The notes under the pieces are model-generated. The model did not search any database. It saw only the letters and a program-made list of their open reading frames with translations, and had not been told where the DNA came from. This document shows positions 12,150-25,417 of a stretch of 64,000 bases of DNA, piece by piece. The position numbers and the translations under genes are program-made. Origin of the DNA: Phoronis australis (lineage: Eukaryota > Animalia > Phoronida); assembly GCA_002633005.1 (NCBI GenBank), contig NMRA01000003.1:2282075-2346074 (forward strand), read 5' to 3'. Each line of letters opens with the position of its first letter. Position 1 is the stretch's first letter.

Positions 12150-12545
12150 CAACAAGATAATCTACACACGCTTAGTTGAGAAAAGATATAAAAACAAAGG
12201 AAACAAATGTAACTTGTCTCTCCAACTTAAAGGCGTTGAAGTTATCTTTGGCAAATTAAAGTCAAAGGTCATTAATCTCCTTTTGTGTCTCGCAAAGTTT
12301 CATATTTACAAAAAAGACTGGCGAAGAGAGCACCATTTCTTGAAAGAATTCAAAAGGAATTTCACGACCACCGTAATTGAAAAATATATATTACAAGTGA
12401 CTTCAACAGTAGACAATCCCCTTGTTTTCTTAGCTGTTTCCCTCCTTTTTCCGGTTTCACTGAGATGTTTGAATGTGTGTCTGTCTGTATTTAGTTCAAA
12501 CTACCATAACTTTTGTTAATAATTGCTTTATTTCAAATAAAAAAA
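12150..12545 (+). mobile_element. Degenerate 3' end of a non-LTR retrotransposon (L1/Tx1-like ORF2 C-terminus)
   Basis: Translation VIFGK...INLLLCLAKFHIYK resembles the L1/Tx1 ORF2 tail motif; followed by an aataaaaaaa tail. Confidence 0.55.
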
Positions 12546-14471
12546 TCTTTTTTTCTCGCTACACGTACGGTATATATTTCATATTTGAAGTTACCCGAGA
12601 ATGAATATAGAAGTTACCCGAGAATGAATATAAGGTATTTTGGTAGAAATATTGTAAAAATGGCCAATTCTTGTGAATAACATTTGAGAAACTTGGTGTA
12701 CTGAAGTGAAGGCCGAACGCCTAGACATTTGCCACACACACAATTTGTTTGGAAGGAAAACGCTTATTTAATTATCTTCGCTCGGTCCTCTCTGAGTGGT
12801 CTGTCCGGGTTGAGAGGAACTCCCTCATTTCGTCTTACACTTTACTCTCATAAAATCGGTCTCATACATTCCTTTCCGCGATATTCTACTTCCTTACCAA
12901 CTCCAGTTTGACGTGTACAAGCCCTAACTTCGAATTCGCAATTTTAGAAATGACCAACCCCAATAACTCCTCTGAAGTGTTTTCTTGACTGACGGTTTCG
13001 ATGTTCTTGTTGGCAACAGAAACATAATCTTATGGGAACAGTTTTATGAGAGCAAAATGCTTAATTAGATTTTTAAGACATCTTACAGGAGGGCGAAATG
13101 CAGCTTAAACATAAACGATAGGAATTTTTAGAAAAACGTCGCCACCGTGGTTCCGTCGTTCGGGCAGGGGTCTCTGTCGGACCATGTCATAGTGGCACCA
13201 AATCTTTTCAGTGGATAATTTCCTCCATCAAGTGATTCCTCTTTTTGTGTATCACCTATTCCATTACTTATACGTCTAGGTGTTTATTTTGTGTAATATA
13301 AACATTTGTCATTTTTCAAACAAAACTGGAACTTGTTTCTCAAGTTGTCTCCTAGCTGCACAGACCTTCTAGATTGTGAAGCTTCACATGCTATCTGTGA
13401 CGTCAGAGTGTGAGTCCTGGTAACCAGGGTATATTCTCAACAAGAAGCTTTGTTCACGGCATTGAGGTTCATTTTTTCTGTTCACGAAAAGGTAATTAAG
13501 TGATTATTCAGTATAATCAAAGGGAATTTATAATTATACTTTATTCCGTGTACAAAGGCCTCCGGGCCATATGCAAATTTATAAATAACGCAATATAGTA
13601 AACACAGCAGCAACAAATTCACTGCAGCATCATGAAAATTTGTCTTTCTCCAGCTAAATCGACTACAAACTTTGACAAGTCAAAACAATTAAAAACAGTC
13701 CACATTTGCTCATCATCGTTTGACAGGGAATGACCTGCGACTCGTATAGAAAAACTTAATGCGCACCTTTTCTAACCACGCTTTAAAGCCCGATATTTCG
13801 GCTTAGGGGAAGATGAAACATTTTATCGAACGTCTTAAAGGCTACACTACAACACTGATAAATTGATGAATACCTATTCATTCTCAATGATGCATAATTA
13901 AAATGATTCATTAATGAGAATGAATAGATACTCAGCTCTTTAAACTATGGGCGTTGCATGAAAAGATTCACATTTTTTTCAATAAAATTAAGTATTCAAC
14001 GCAAGAGTTAATTCTCGGTGTCAAAGCAAAATTTAATGAATGATAAAACTGAGTTTGAAACTTTAATCGGTGCTTACACCGTAAAGTTAGTCCACTGGCG
14101 ATGCTTAGCTGCTGTCAGGTATATCTGCTTAAGTTTCGGGAGCCGCCTTTTTATCAGTATCGTCCAGGAACTAAGTGTGCGGTCACCAAACTTTAGTTCA
14201 GACGACCAGTCAGGTGTTTTACAGTCATCACGGCTGTTATGAGCAGATTACGTGTCTCATCCACTGCCGCCATGATGATTTTTGTTTGTTTACTTTGAGT
14301 CGAAAACTTCCATGGGCGCAAAGTGCTTGATGAATGACCAGAGCGTGATCTCTTACTGGTTTCCAATGACCCGTAGCTTAAAAATAGGGTTAGCTTTATG
14401 TCGCCTTCTCCACTCTCATGGTTCCATGGGTCCTAGCCCTTCGTGCCGGCCGGCTGGTATTGCAACTTCCC

Positions 14472-14653
14472 CAGTGGCGGATTTAGAGGGGGGACAAGGG
14501 GTCATGCCCCCTAAAAGTCTCGCAGATTCCATTTGGCACTTCGGAAGTGCGAATGCCTGACTGGCAAAATCCTGACTAATACACTGCCCTGACACNNNNN
14601 NNNNNNNNNNNNNCCCCCCCCCCCCCCAACTAAAAATCCTGGATTCACCCCTG
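14472..14653. mobile_element. MITE with CAG(T/G)GGCGGAT-type TIRs (contains an N gap)
   Basis: cagtggcggatttag ... ctggattcacccctg; related right ends at 15777-15788, 48047-48059 and about 48870-48883. Confidence 0.7.
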
Positions 14654-15014
14654 TGTCTGGCGTACAGGGCGACTTCTTTGGTCACGGCTTTTGTAGCACG
14701 GCGGTTGGCCGCCGGGGAATGATTTCACTGCAAAGAAGTCGGACGGACAACGTTGTCAAACTTCCACCCGGTATCCATATGTAATTTGAAACTTCAGCTG
14801 CTGGTAAGATGTGAATTTTAATCGAAGCCTTAGTGAATCACTCAGAAACTCATAATTCTCTCTTTGTCAAACCTTAACTTAAGACGATTTCCAAAGCAAT
14901 GGCGTCATTAACGCCAATACAAAAAACGGATTTGGTCTTTTGGGCAATTGAAAACTATTTTATATACAACAAATTTGTTACGAACTGATTGCACAAAATA
15001 TAAAAAGTGTAATA

Positions 15015-15396
15015 TACGGTGGCCCGAAAGTATCATCGCTACTTTTGTTTAAATATTTTTTCATTTATCATTTTCCACCTAGGTGGAAATAATTCCACCC
15101 GGGTGAAAATAATTTCCACCCGGGTAAAAATAATTTCCACCTAGGTTGAAATAATTTCCACCTAAGTTGAAATAGTTTCCACCCGGGTGAAAATAATTTC
15201 CACCTAGGTTGAAATAGTTTCCACCCCGGTGAAAATAATTTCCACCCGGGTGAAAATAATTTCCACCTAGGTTGAAATAATTTCCACCCGGGTGAAAATA
15301 ATTTCCACCTAGGTTGAAATATTTCATACTAGGTGGAAAAGGAAAAATAAAAAAATTAATAAACTAAAATAGCGATGATACTTTCGGGCCACCGTA
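15015..15396. mobile_element. MITE with 27-bp TIRs, 6-bp TSD GTAATA and an internal 21-bp minisatellite
   Basis: tacggtggcccgaaagtatcatcgcta ... tagcgatgatactttcgggccaccgta; gtaata at 15009-15014 and 15397-15402. Confidence 0.9.
15072..15338. repeat. 21-bp tandem repeat, about 12 copies, with palindromic cores
   Basis: aaataatttccacccgggtga and aaataatttccacctaggttg variants. Confidence 0.95.
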
Positions 15397-17318
15397 GTAA
15401 TAAGCATTACAAAAAGAAGTAGGTTTCGCGCGCAAACGCTGTGGACCATAAACAAGTAGGTCTCTTATTATCAAATTATGAGTGAATTCGTGGTGGTGCA
15501 GGTCGTGAGTTTGAGTTTTTGATACTTGCCGTTTTTCGTGTTTGACACGTTCTCCGTGTTTTTGTTTTTTCTTTGCCTTTTTTTCTTCGGTAATACTTCA
15601 GGAATCAAGGAAAATGCTTGATTTTTAGAGGAAAAAACAGAAAAATTTTCCTGGGCGGGAGGGGAGCGAACCCTCCTCCCGACCTCCCCCCATTCGGTGG
15701 TATGCGCATCTAATCGTGCTTTGCACAAATGTTTTCAGACAAAATGTTGCTCCCCCCCTTGTGATATCCTAGATTAGATCCGCCACTGCTACAATGGGTT
15801 CAATTTAGGAGTACAAACTTCAACAGGATTCCTTTTCCTTTTTACACAAACCAGAGTAAATATCTAAATATTTAAATGATATCACATAGCGGTTCCATTC
15901 AAAATATTATCTTGATTTTAAAAACGTTGGTTCTAAAAGATGTACTCTTTTTAACAACTTTGGTGTCACTTCTTGTACTGCTTGTATTTAAATGGATTAA
16001 AAATACAGCTATCAAAAAATTCTAAGCCAGAAAGAGTAGTTACTTTAATTAAACCCTGGGGAAGGATTTTGTTTTTAAAACAAAAATTCCACGAAAACGG
16101 GACGATTTCAGGGAAGTTTTTTTTTTAAATGGGGTACTTTTGAGTCCACTCTTTAAATGGGTATGTATCCTTGTTAACTTCCAGCGCAAAAATAGTCAAG
16201 TAACACCGGCCGGTGTCCCATTTATGTTGTATGTCATAGCCGATGCGAATTGAAAGTCGGGAGTGGGGTGGACAGAAGGGCCATGCAGTTGCTAATGCAA
16301 CTAATGACTAACGATCAGCCTTTGAGAAACTAGCTGGCCGGTTTGCACATGTCAATGAATTTCGAGTGAATGGTCTACAATTAGTATGCACTTTATAAAA
16401 CTATAATCAACTATAGCTTGGGACGTCCTTAAAACGGTAACGTTCTCACGACATCGAGGCCAATCTGACGTCTGATCAGGTGTCGGACGACAAGAAAACT
16501 AGTCAGATGTTAGACAGGCCTTCATGTGTGAAATTTCAAGTGTTAAGAAAGCGGATCAAACAAGCGACCTGATGATCGGACAACGTGCGAACGCAGTATA
16601 AAACGCTTTCCGTACCACGATACAAAAGGGTTCACCCAATGCCATCGAGATCTCGGACAATGCCATCAATTTTGAAAAGGTATGTTGAACCTTCTTTGTA
16701 ATTCGTTTCACTTTCTAAGCTTCTTTACTTATAAATGGGTAATTCCTACCCACTTATACAATCCAAAGATGGAAGACCTGAAACAACTTATTAACTCTAA
16801 AAATCTGGCTTCGACGTTCTCTTTGCCTCGGTGGGACAATTATGTGTAGTTTGTATCATCACAAGGAGTTTAGATTCCATCTTCTGCTAGCATGAAATGA
16901 CGCAATTTTGGAAAAGCTGGCAATAACGCGAAATACCAGTGATGAAATATTAGGAAGTTTATGAATAAAGCTGGACTCACTATTATCGACGATTTTATCA
17001 CATTATTCTCCCCTCATATTGTGTGGACAATAAATAAATCCGGGTGGTTAACGAATATGCGGTGATCGAAATTTTGGAATTTTAATGCGATCGGATATTC
17101 CCGAGTTAATGTGCTGGCTCTATAACGGCGAGATTGCGTTATGCATGCCTCTAAAAACGAACAATTTTGGCACTCTTTTTACTGACTCAAAACCCCGAAT
17201 GATCAGCTTTGACTGGTCAGTTTTCACCCTGACATGATGTGTCTAGATGTCTTGTGGTATCAATCTAGAATAGACGGTAGGAGAGGAGTTTCTCACTAAA
17301 CTCTGAGTTAGAGAGCAC

Positions 17319-20300
17319 TCAACGCACTTTCAGCTTAAGCACACTTGAAATAAATTTTGCAGCTGCATTTTCATTTATTTTGCCTGCCCTCGTGCGATTC
17401 ACATTCAACATGTGTGCACAGCAGAGACTTGATTGTTGCGAAATATACACGGAGATACAGCGTATTTTATGATAAAAATCTTTGAAAGTGTTAAAAAGGC
17501 GCTCAAAATTAAGCTTGTACTTCAGTCTGCGACCGTCAGTCGTGGAATCTGGTGTTCTCATCTTCACAAGCACTACAATACATCAAATGCCGCCATCGTG
17601 AGACGAAAGTTTGAGGCCTGCAAAGAGGAAGTGGCACAGTCCTTGACCACGTGACGACTTCGTCCGAACCGTGATTTCAAACACTTGAAAACTCCTTCGC
17701 GTTTTACAATATTTGGTTTATCCGTTGAATCACCGATACTTCTGTGGGTGTCCTCTGAAACAGAAGAAACGGCATCAAGAGGCACATGCACACACGTCTT
17801 GACGTCTTCTGAACGAATACCCTCAATGATGTATGGTTTGTTGCTCTTGTGCAATGTTGTTTTACTTTTCTCGTCGTATTCAGTGTCCATTGAATTATCC
17901 ACAGCAGCAAAACAAAAATCATACTGAGACAACGTTGCAAAAGGAGACGATCTGTCGTCCTCTAGGCGAGCATTCTCAACCTCCTCTGGTTCATTCTTAG
18001 CTTGCATAATTGTGACACTAATCTTATGCTTACTGATTTCGGAAATTTCAATAATCATTGAAATCAGACAGTGTGACGTCTTCTAAATGGCCACTTCCAA
18101 CGGATTCACTATCGGATTTCGGTATTTTCTCCTTACTATCAGCAAACGCAGGAATACCTGACGAGTTGATGACTTCCTGTTGAACATCTCCAATGTCGCC
18201 TGTCTTGTTCCTACCGTCTAGTTTATAGACTTCTCTCCCTCTAGTATCAATCATACAAGCAGAGCTCCGGCGGATGGTTTCTGAAACAGCTATTTCAATG
18301 GAGAAAAAAGTTGCACCGTAAGGCAACTCATGGATATCACAATGTTTGTCGTCCGGAGAAATATCCTCAATATTTCGTATTTCGATACAACTATTTTCCT
18401 TGAGTGTAATAATAGGCATTTGACTTGTCAATAACTCTTGCAGATTCGTCTTTTCGTGTTCATTCTTTTTCACCAATTCATCTTTGTCTGTGGAAATGTG
18501 GTAAACTTCATCCGAAACTTTAGACTCAGTCGACTTGGTGGCGTCTTTAAAGTGTGACTTTCAACGCTTTTATTTTTGAATTTCAAGACTTCCTCCGTAC
18601 CATCAGCCGCATCAGCAAACCCGGATATCTGATGGTTGGATGGCTTTCTGTCTAACATGGTCAACGTCGCCTGGTCTGTTTCTGCCATCCAATTCCACTA
18701 CTTCTTTACCTTTGTCATCAGGGTCACCAACAGTCTCTTTGTCTACATCTGGTAGATCTGTCTTCTCGTGAATATTGTTCTTTTCATCTTTCTCTGCGGA
18801 AATGGGGCACACTTCCTCCGAAACTGTAGACGCAGTCGACTTAGTGGAGTCTTCCGAGATGTGACCTTCAACAACGCTTTTGCTTTCGAATTTCAGAATT
18901 TCCTTCTTACGATCAGCATCGTAATCAAACTCAGCAATCATCGAAGTCCTGGAATTGGATGCGGCGTCTTCTAGATGGTCATTTTGACTGGGCTGTGCTT
19001 CGGATTTCAGGACATTTTCTTTACTATTGTTATCATCATCGAACCCAGCGATACCTGACGGTTGAATAACTTCCTGTAGCACATCCTCAACGTAGCCTAG
19101 TTTGTTTCTACCATTCAATTTCAGGACTTCTCTCTCTCCATCATCAGGGCCACCAATAGGCTTTTTCTCTACATTTGTTAGATCCTTTGTGTCGTGGACT
19201 TTTGTCTTCTCCACCCCATCTTTCTTTGTGCAAATTGAATACACATCCTCCGAAGCTGTAGACTCAGTTGTCTATTGAAATAAGACCGTGTGGGGTCTTT
19301 TAATTGGTCATTTTGAACGGGTTTGCTTTCGGATTTCAGGACTTTTTCCTTGCGATTAGCATCATCAGCGAACCCAGTGGTACCTGGCAGTTGAATGCCG
19401 TCCTGTTGCACACATGTGGAGAAGTTCTCGTTTACACTGGTGACCGCTCTGATTCCCTAGGCCCCAGACAACTTTTATGATGCCTATTCAGCACGCCCTT
19501 TGCATTGAAGTAGATCTGAGATAATGAAGTGGAAAGGTAATTGCTAGCATTACTGTGTCAACAATGGTTGTTAGTAACCCCAATTTGGTTTTCTCTGACA
19601 TTTGCAGAGTTACAGCCTGCAACTCTGGAGAGTAGTTTTAACTTGGTACATTATGAATATTACAAAATGACGAAAAAGGTTAACTTGTGTTTATCTTCGC
19701 AAAAGGCCACTTCCCAAAGGAACGATAAGTTTCATATTGGTTTTCTTTATTTAATTTTTAATGCTTCTGCCCACTTGTTTTTTTTTTGTTTTTTTTTTTT
19801 CTTACCGGGAACGGGTTGATACCTTTTTATCTAAGTTTTGAACTTGAAGTACCAAAACAGTGGTAGATTTTGATCGCCAGCTTAACTTAATTAGTTAAGT
19901 TCATTGTGAGCCCATCCCTAATCTCACCATATTACAGGTACATTAAGTATTTCAGGTGTCATTAAAGTTTAGTCTTTATTAGAACTTAAATCATAAAATA
20001 TACCAGTATACAAAAGTGCAAATATAGTGATAACCAAACTGAAGATTTGAAATCTCTGGACAATTTCGGTGGCACTGACTATATAACTATTCTAGCTCTT
20101 TGTCAGTAATAAAAAATGAAAAGTGGGCCCAACAACTGTTTCCTGGTCAAAAATCTGGTTAAACGAGATGAAAGAATATTAAAAATGAATCCATGTAATG
20201 TTGTTAACTCTGATCAGCGTTTGTATATCCACCGAGTATATCAATACGCGTGGTAGTTTATCTTCAATAGTACCCAATGGTTGTAGTTTTTAGATTGTTC

Positions 20301-21190
20301 ATCGATTTTTAAAAATCGAAAACCGTACTTGGTTGTTTTTTTTTTCAGCTGAATACCGCCGTGGTGTTCGTTTATAACGAAAATTAGTGGTTAATACATT
20401 TTGAAAATTCGCCATTATGTACTGTCAGAGATGTCTAATACAGTTTATGGTTGGATAATTACATTTAATTGGGCCTTGCTCGCATCGGGCAAGGCGGTCA
20501 TCACAATGGTACCTGATTCCGGCGCCGCGCTCTCTTTGATCCTGGTACAAGCCGCTCAGAAGGACGAGCGGTGAAAATTACCGCATATCTTTAGAAATGC
20601 GTGACTTCCTTGTAGGCTAAGAGTATTATTCACGGAATGATCTTCGACGTCGCCTGATTTGTTTCTACCGTTCAATCGCACGACTTCTTTCCCTTCAGCA
20701 TCAGGGTCATCAATTGGATCTTTGTGTACATTGGTTAGATCCGTATTTTCATGGACATTTTGTTTTAACTTCTCGTCGTCCTCCGTGGAAATGCGAGACA
20801 TTTCCTCTGAAATGTTTCTATCACATTTAGCGTCTTTGTAGATGCTTGTCGAGTTTTCAATTTTGCCCTCGACTTCGCACTTGGTGACATGCACATCGAG
20901 ATCTGTTGATTTGCGAACAATGTTTGCCTTGTTGCTTCGTGACAGTGATGCTGTCACAAGAAGACAACGCAAATCTGTTATACACCTGACATAAGATTCC
21001 ATCAATTTAGTGTCTATCACTGCTTTCTGAACAGTTTTGGACGCGTCAGATGCGTCTCCTGACCACTTGTCGTTCACTGCCGTGGTTCCAGAAGCGTCTT
21101 TGTTGCCAAAAGACACAATGCGCGGGAATTTCCTCGCGGTGACAGAGTGAACTTTCTCAGTCGTTCTCAGCACAAATTGCCAAATAAAGT
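17319..21190 (-). pseudogene. Frameshifted gene for an acidic, internally repeated, lineage-specific protein, split by a 1.2-kb insertion
   Basis: Chained overlapping ORFs 20556-21173, 19178-19411, 18612-19244, 18470-18688, 18048-18476, 17573-18058 and 17319-17573; four copies of (K/R)EVxxL(N/D)GRN(K/R)xG(D/Y)(V/I)xD; candidate acceptor at 21191-21192. Confidence 0.6.
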
Positions 21191-22129
21191 CTATAAACTA
21201 AAATATTGTAACCTTTATCAAATCCCGAAAGACTCTATGTAAGCCATTCCCGGTTTCATTTTACGAAATGTATAAAGTGAATACGTCACGAATAGTTCGA
21301 CGTCACCAATCGCAAACGTCAAATGATAACTACCGGGAGTTTCTGAAAATATAGACTCACCCCAAAACAAGTAGACCGGCATTGGCGTATTTTCAAAAAG
21401 TGCAGCCATGTGCGTATTTTTGTTAACTGTTAACATTTCTTGACAATCTGAAGGACTAGTTCTATGATCCGTATGTAACGTGTTTTGAAGTAAAGCTTTA
21501 TTTTGGCGAAACATTATATTTTGAGGTCGCGATTTCGCTCAAATTACTATCATTTAACGAGATATTTGTTGATTTCGTTGGTAACCAAGATTATTAAGGA
21601 CAACTTTAACAAACTGTTTTTGCCGAATGCGAAATAAGTATGGGAGAATAAAATTCGTACCAGTGACATACAATTACATACATTAAAAAGGACGCGTTTC
21701 TTTAAATAATATTTGTTAATAAAAGTTCATAAAATGCTTGACAGTTTCGGGAAATACGCCCCTTCCCTTTACGAAAATACGCCTGAGTCGGTATAATCGG
21801 TTTCATTTGATGTTTTTCCATAGGCCTGTTTTCGTACACAGTCCGACCATTTTGTTGCGACAGGATCGGTTTCATATTGGGATTCTTTGGAACAAACACT
21901 AATTGGTTGAAATGGTGGCGATTTGTCTGGTATGAAATGCACGTGTGGTATTTTCGAATGTAAACTACATAAATGACAAATGTGCATCCTGGTAACATTT
22001 TAGACCGTTTGACGTATCCATAACTTTCGTGAAAGTGTAAATACACCGCACGTGCATTTGCGTTCAGTTAAAAACAGCTCGGTGGCTGCATCTTTAATCG
22101 CTAGCGTTTGGCATGTAAAATTGCTACCG

Positions 22130-22632
22130 AGATTTTCCTTAGATAAGCCCATGGGCGTGTATTTGGAAAAGGAAAATTTTCAGACGTTTTAGTAACACCA
22201 AATGAACGCCCGAGCGTTTATTCCGAAAAGGGGGATTTTAAGCGGAGTCATAGTTTTGCCCATTTGGCTTGTTTGGCTTAAAACGGTGTTAAATACATAG
22301 TTCTTCAACACCTTGTTCGTTTTCACAAGTGATAAATGCTCCACAAAACTGAATTTGGGACAAAACGTTGACGCTGAGTGGGCTTTAAGAAGAAATTTTC
22401 CGACTAAACGTCCCACAATTTGGACACTTGACGTCCCACAATTTGGACACTTGACGTCCCACAATTTGGACACTTGACGTCCCACCATTTGGACACTTGA
22501 CGTCCCACCATTTGGACACTTGACGTCCCACTATTTGGACACTTGACACCAGAAGTTATAACACCAAGTAAACGTCCATTTTCGAATAAACGCCCATAGG
22601 CGTATCAGGTGGGCTTACCTACGGAAAATCCC
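22130..22632. mobile_element. MITE-like element with imperfect TIRs and an internal 23-bp tandem repeat
   Basis: gagattttccttagataagccca ... tgggcttacctacggaaaatccc; inner IR atgggcgtgtatttggaaaagg / ccattttcgaataaacgcccat. Confidence 0.7.
22408..22547. repeat. 23-bp tandem repeat x6
   Basis: acgtcccac(a/c/t)atttggacacttg at 22408, 22431, 22454, 22477, 22500, 22523. Confidence 0.95.
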
Positions 22633-25411
22633 ATTACCAATGAGATAGAACTACATACATAAGATGGAGTGTTTACTTAAACAAATTCACAACTAATGTT
22701 TGTTGTTCAACAAAACCCGTGTCATACAATGTTTGGCAAAGTTTCTGAAAATACGCCCCCCTTTTCCGAAAATACGACCCGACGCATATTTTGTTTCACT
22801 TCACGTTTTGAAAGGTCCTTTTCCGAATATTCTCTCACGGGCATGTATTCGCAAATTCCCGGTAGTAGCGGAGCATTTAATGGAAAACTTTGAGATAGGC
22901 ATATTGGTGGCAACCGGGAGGAGGTGAAATTGGTGGCGGTCGGAGTGGAGGTGTAATTATTGGGGTGAAACTCGTGGAGACCGGGGGGTGGGGTGAAATT
23001 CATTCGGTTTAGGCCTCTATTCGGGCAAATCGCAAAGCTATGTGACGTGCTTCAGTCCCGAACAGACACAAATATACGACCATGCACGTCAGTGCCATTT
23101 CGAAAACTATTGTACTATATTGGATATATCCTACGAAATTGAGCAAGTGGAAGAAATAATTAAAAATTAAGTTATTGGCTAATATGTATCGAAATTATTT
23201 TCATCGCTGTGAGCATATGTCTTAACTCAATAGTCCTGGTCCTGAACTGAGCCGGTTGTAATGCCAAAACTTACATTATGTTCGTCGTTACAACTCGAGA
23301 GCGGGAAAAACTGTCACTAGGGTTCTTCCACATAGAAATGTGGACAAACTTAATCTATATACACAGTGCCAACCGAAGAACACAATGTTCAGAAATCGGT
23401 TGAAAATGATCGGCGACGGTATTTGTGAAAGCATAGACTAGTGGTCTATAAACTGGTGAAATATATATTGCGACAATTCATTTCCTGTACTCATATCAGG
23501 ACGTCATTAGTTTTAGCAGGAAGACATTATTACCAATGTCTTCCTGGTTTTAGCCATAGTGTTTTGTGTGTGCCTTACGGAAATCGTATTTTATCAGGTT
23601 TTTAACGCACACTTTTTATTAGACCATTTTAATCTGTGATTTTGTGTTGAAAGAGCATCCCTTTAAATCAATTTAAAGAATTTCGAAACTAATGAACAGA
23701 AAGTGTCTTTTTATTAACCAATTCAGTAGCTTAATGAGGTGACGCAACTAATAAGCATAAACTTCCAAACAAAGACTGAACTTTACTCTCCAAACTTTCA
23801 GACATATCGTCCACTGACCCAGACAGAACCTCCACTCATTTTACCATATGCCTTAGTTTTATCCTACTATGAAGTAAGTTGCCACGTGGATGCCACGTGA
23901 AACAAAGTCTACCAAGTCTATTCCCAAAGTATGCTCATTTTGATGGAAATTTAATTATTACTCGGAAAAATGAGTGCACAGTTTCCACAACTAGAAAACA
24001 TGCGGTTAACACCAGAATCGAAGTCGTCGTTGTATCAAAAGGAACAAAACGTCAGTTTCTTTACTTTTCTACACCACTAGTATTAGCACTGTGGTCATTG
24101 CATTTTACCATTTAAATAAAGCATTTTATTGATTTCTCCTACCTGTGTTATCTCGGTGAACATCACTGAAACAAAACCCAAGACAATTCGAGATATATAG
24201 GCCTATGGCAAAGATTCGCCCAACTAGCTTGCTAAGTAACCAAAATCGAATGAGCCCCGCTTTTACTGTCAAACGGTAAACTTAAGTCTCGTAATGTTCC
24301 TTACCGTTACTAATTCGAGTCACAGCCAATGCGCATATTTTCGAATTCACCGCAATCTTCCCCTACCGCAAGAGAAGAATCCTATATGAAAGTAGGGAAT
24401 GTTACAAGGAATATTACGAGTCTGATTTCATGAGCTTAAAAGGCCAAATTCGATTTCCATTTTAGCCAGCTAAACAGAGCGCAATGAAGCTTTAAACAGA
24501 TACCATTTTGTTGTTTCTAGAGCTACATTAGTGAACACCAATATCCAACATCTAGGTCAACATTCGTAAAAAAAATGATAAACCTACTAAGACCAAGTTT
24601 GTTAAATGGCCAGGTTTCTTAGTGCAGATGGCATCTGCTGCTCAATTGTATCAGTTGGACAAACATCCGATATTACGGCAATCTTGCTAACTCTCTTTAA
24701 GTAACATCGCCACTTGATTTCTGTGGTCGTAAGAAAAGGAGAGTGTTGGCTCAGAGGAGCAAACACAAGTCTACACCAAACTAACGTCACAGGTGTATGA
24801 TGCAAATCAGCTAAAAGCTATTCTAATAATCAAGAGAAATTCTTCTAATTGCTAAAATGTATATTTCAACTAGTTGTTGTTGCAAACCACGACTGGCCTG
24901 CGGCCATCATGGCCATGATGGCAAAAGCTAGTGTCTAAGATAAAATTGTAGTGGCTAAGAACAGTTGTGATGGTTCTAATACTGAATTTATATGCAAAAT
25001 AGATTTGTAAATAGGACATTTTTAAACATATTATAGGCTGACAATGTGAATAGGGTCTATAATTTCCAGAAACGTTTCTGGTACTTTTTGGGGGCTATCC
25101 TCAACTGCTTCACAAAAACAGTCAAACCACTTTACTTATCAACTGCAGTTAGGCCACTTTGATCCATTTAAATTCAGCATTACATGTCTGAATGAATGAA
25201 ATGAATAAATGCCAAACGCAAAATAAAATTTCAAATTTAGATCTCAATGACCCCCTTACTAGCCTTAGGCTTTTGGATTTTAAAGTAGGTCCGGTGCAGA
25301 TTTTCACCGATTTTATTCTGAAACAATCTCACCCACAAAAAGACCTGTTATCAGTTAAAAGTGTTTCAACTCTTGCATTAAACTGTGGCAAGCATTTTTG
25401 ATAGAATTCAA

Positions 25412-25417
25412 TTTATT
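25412..25417 (-). terminator. Candidate PICK1 polyadenylation signal AATAAA
   Basis: tttatt on plus strand, about 1.06 kb downstream of the PICK1 stop. Confidence 0.45.

Noticed and set aside
15072-15338. CRISPR-like or GGNYF repeat-protein appearance
   Set aside because: Head-to-tail units with no unique spacers, inside a MITE, in a eukaryote with no cas genes
22408-22547. CRISPR-like 23-bp repeats
   Set aside because: No spacers; simple minisatellite
24143-24166. Micro-exon-like segment (tttcag...CAG|GTAGG) upstream of the repeat-protein gene
   Set aside because: Its ATG frame ends in phase 0 while the 21190 exon needs phase 1; no other support
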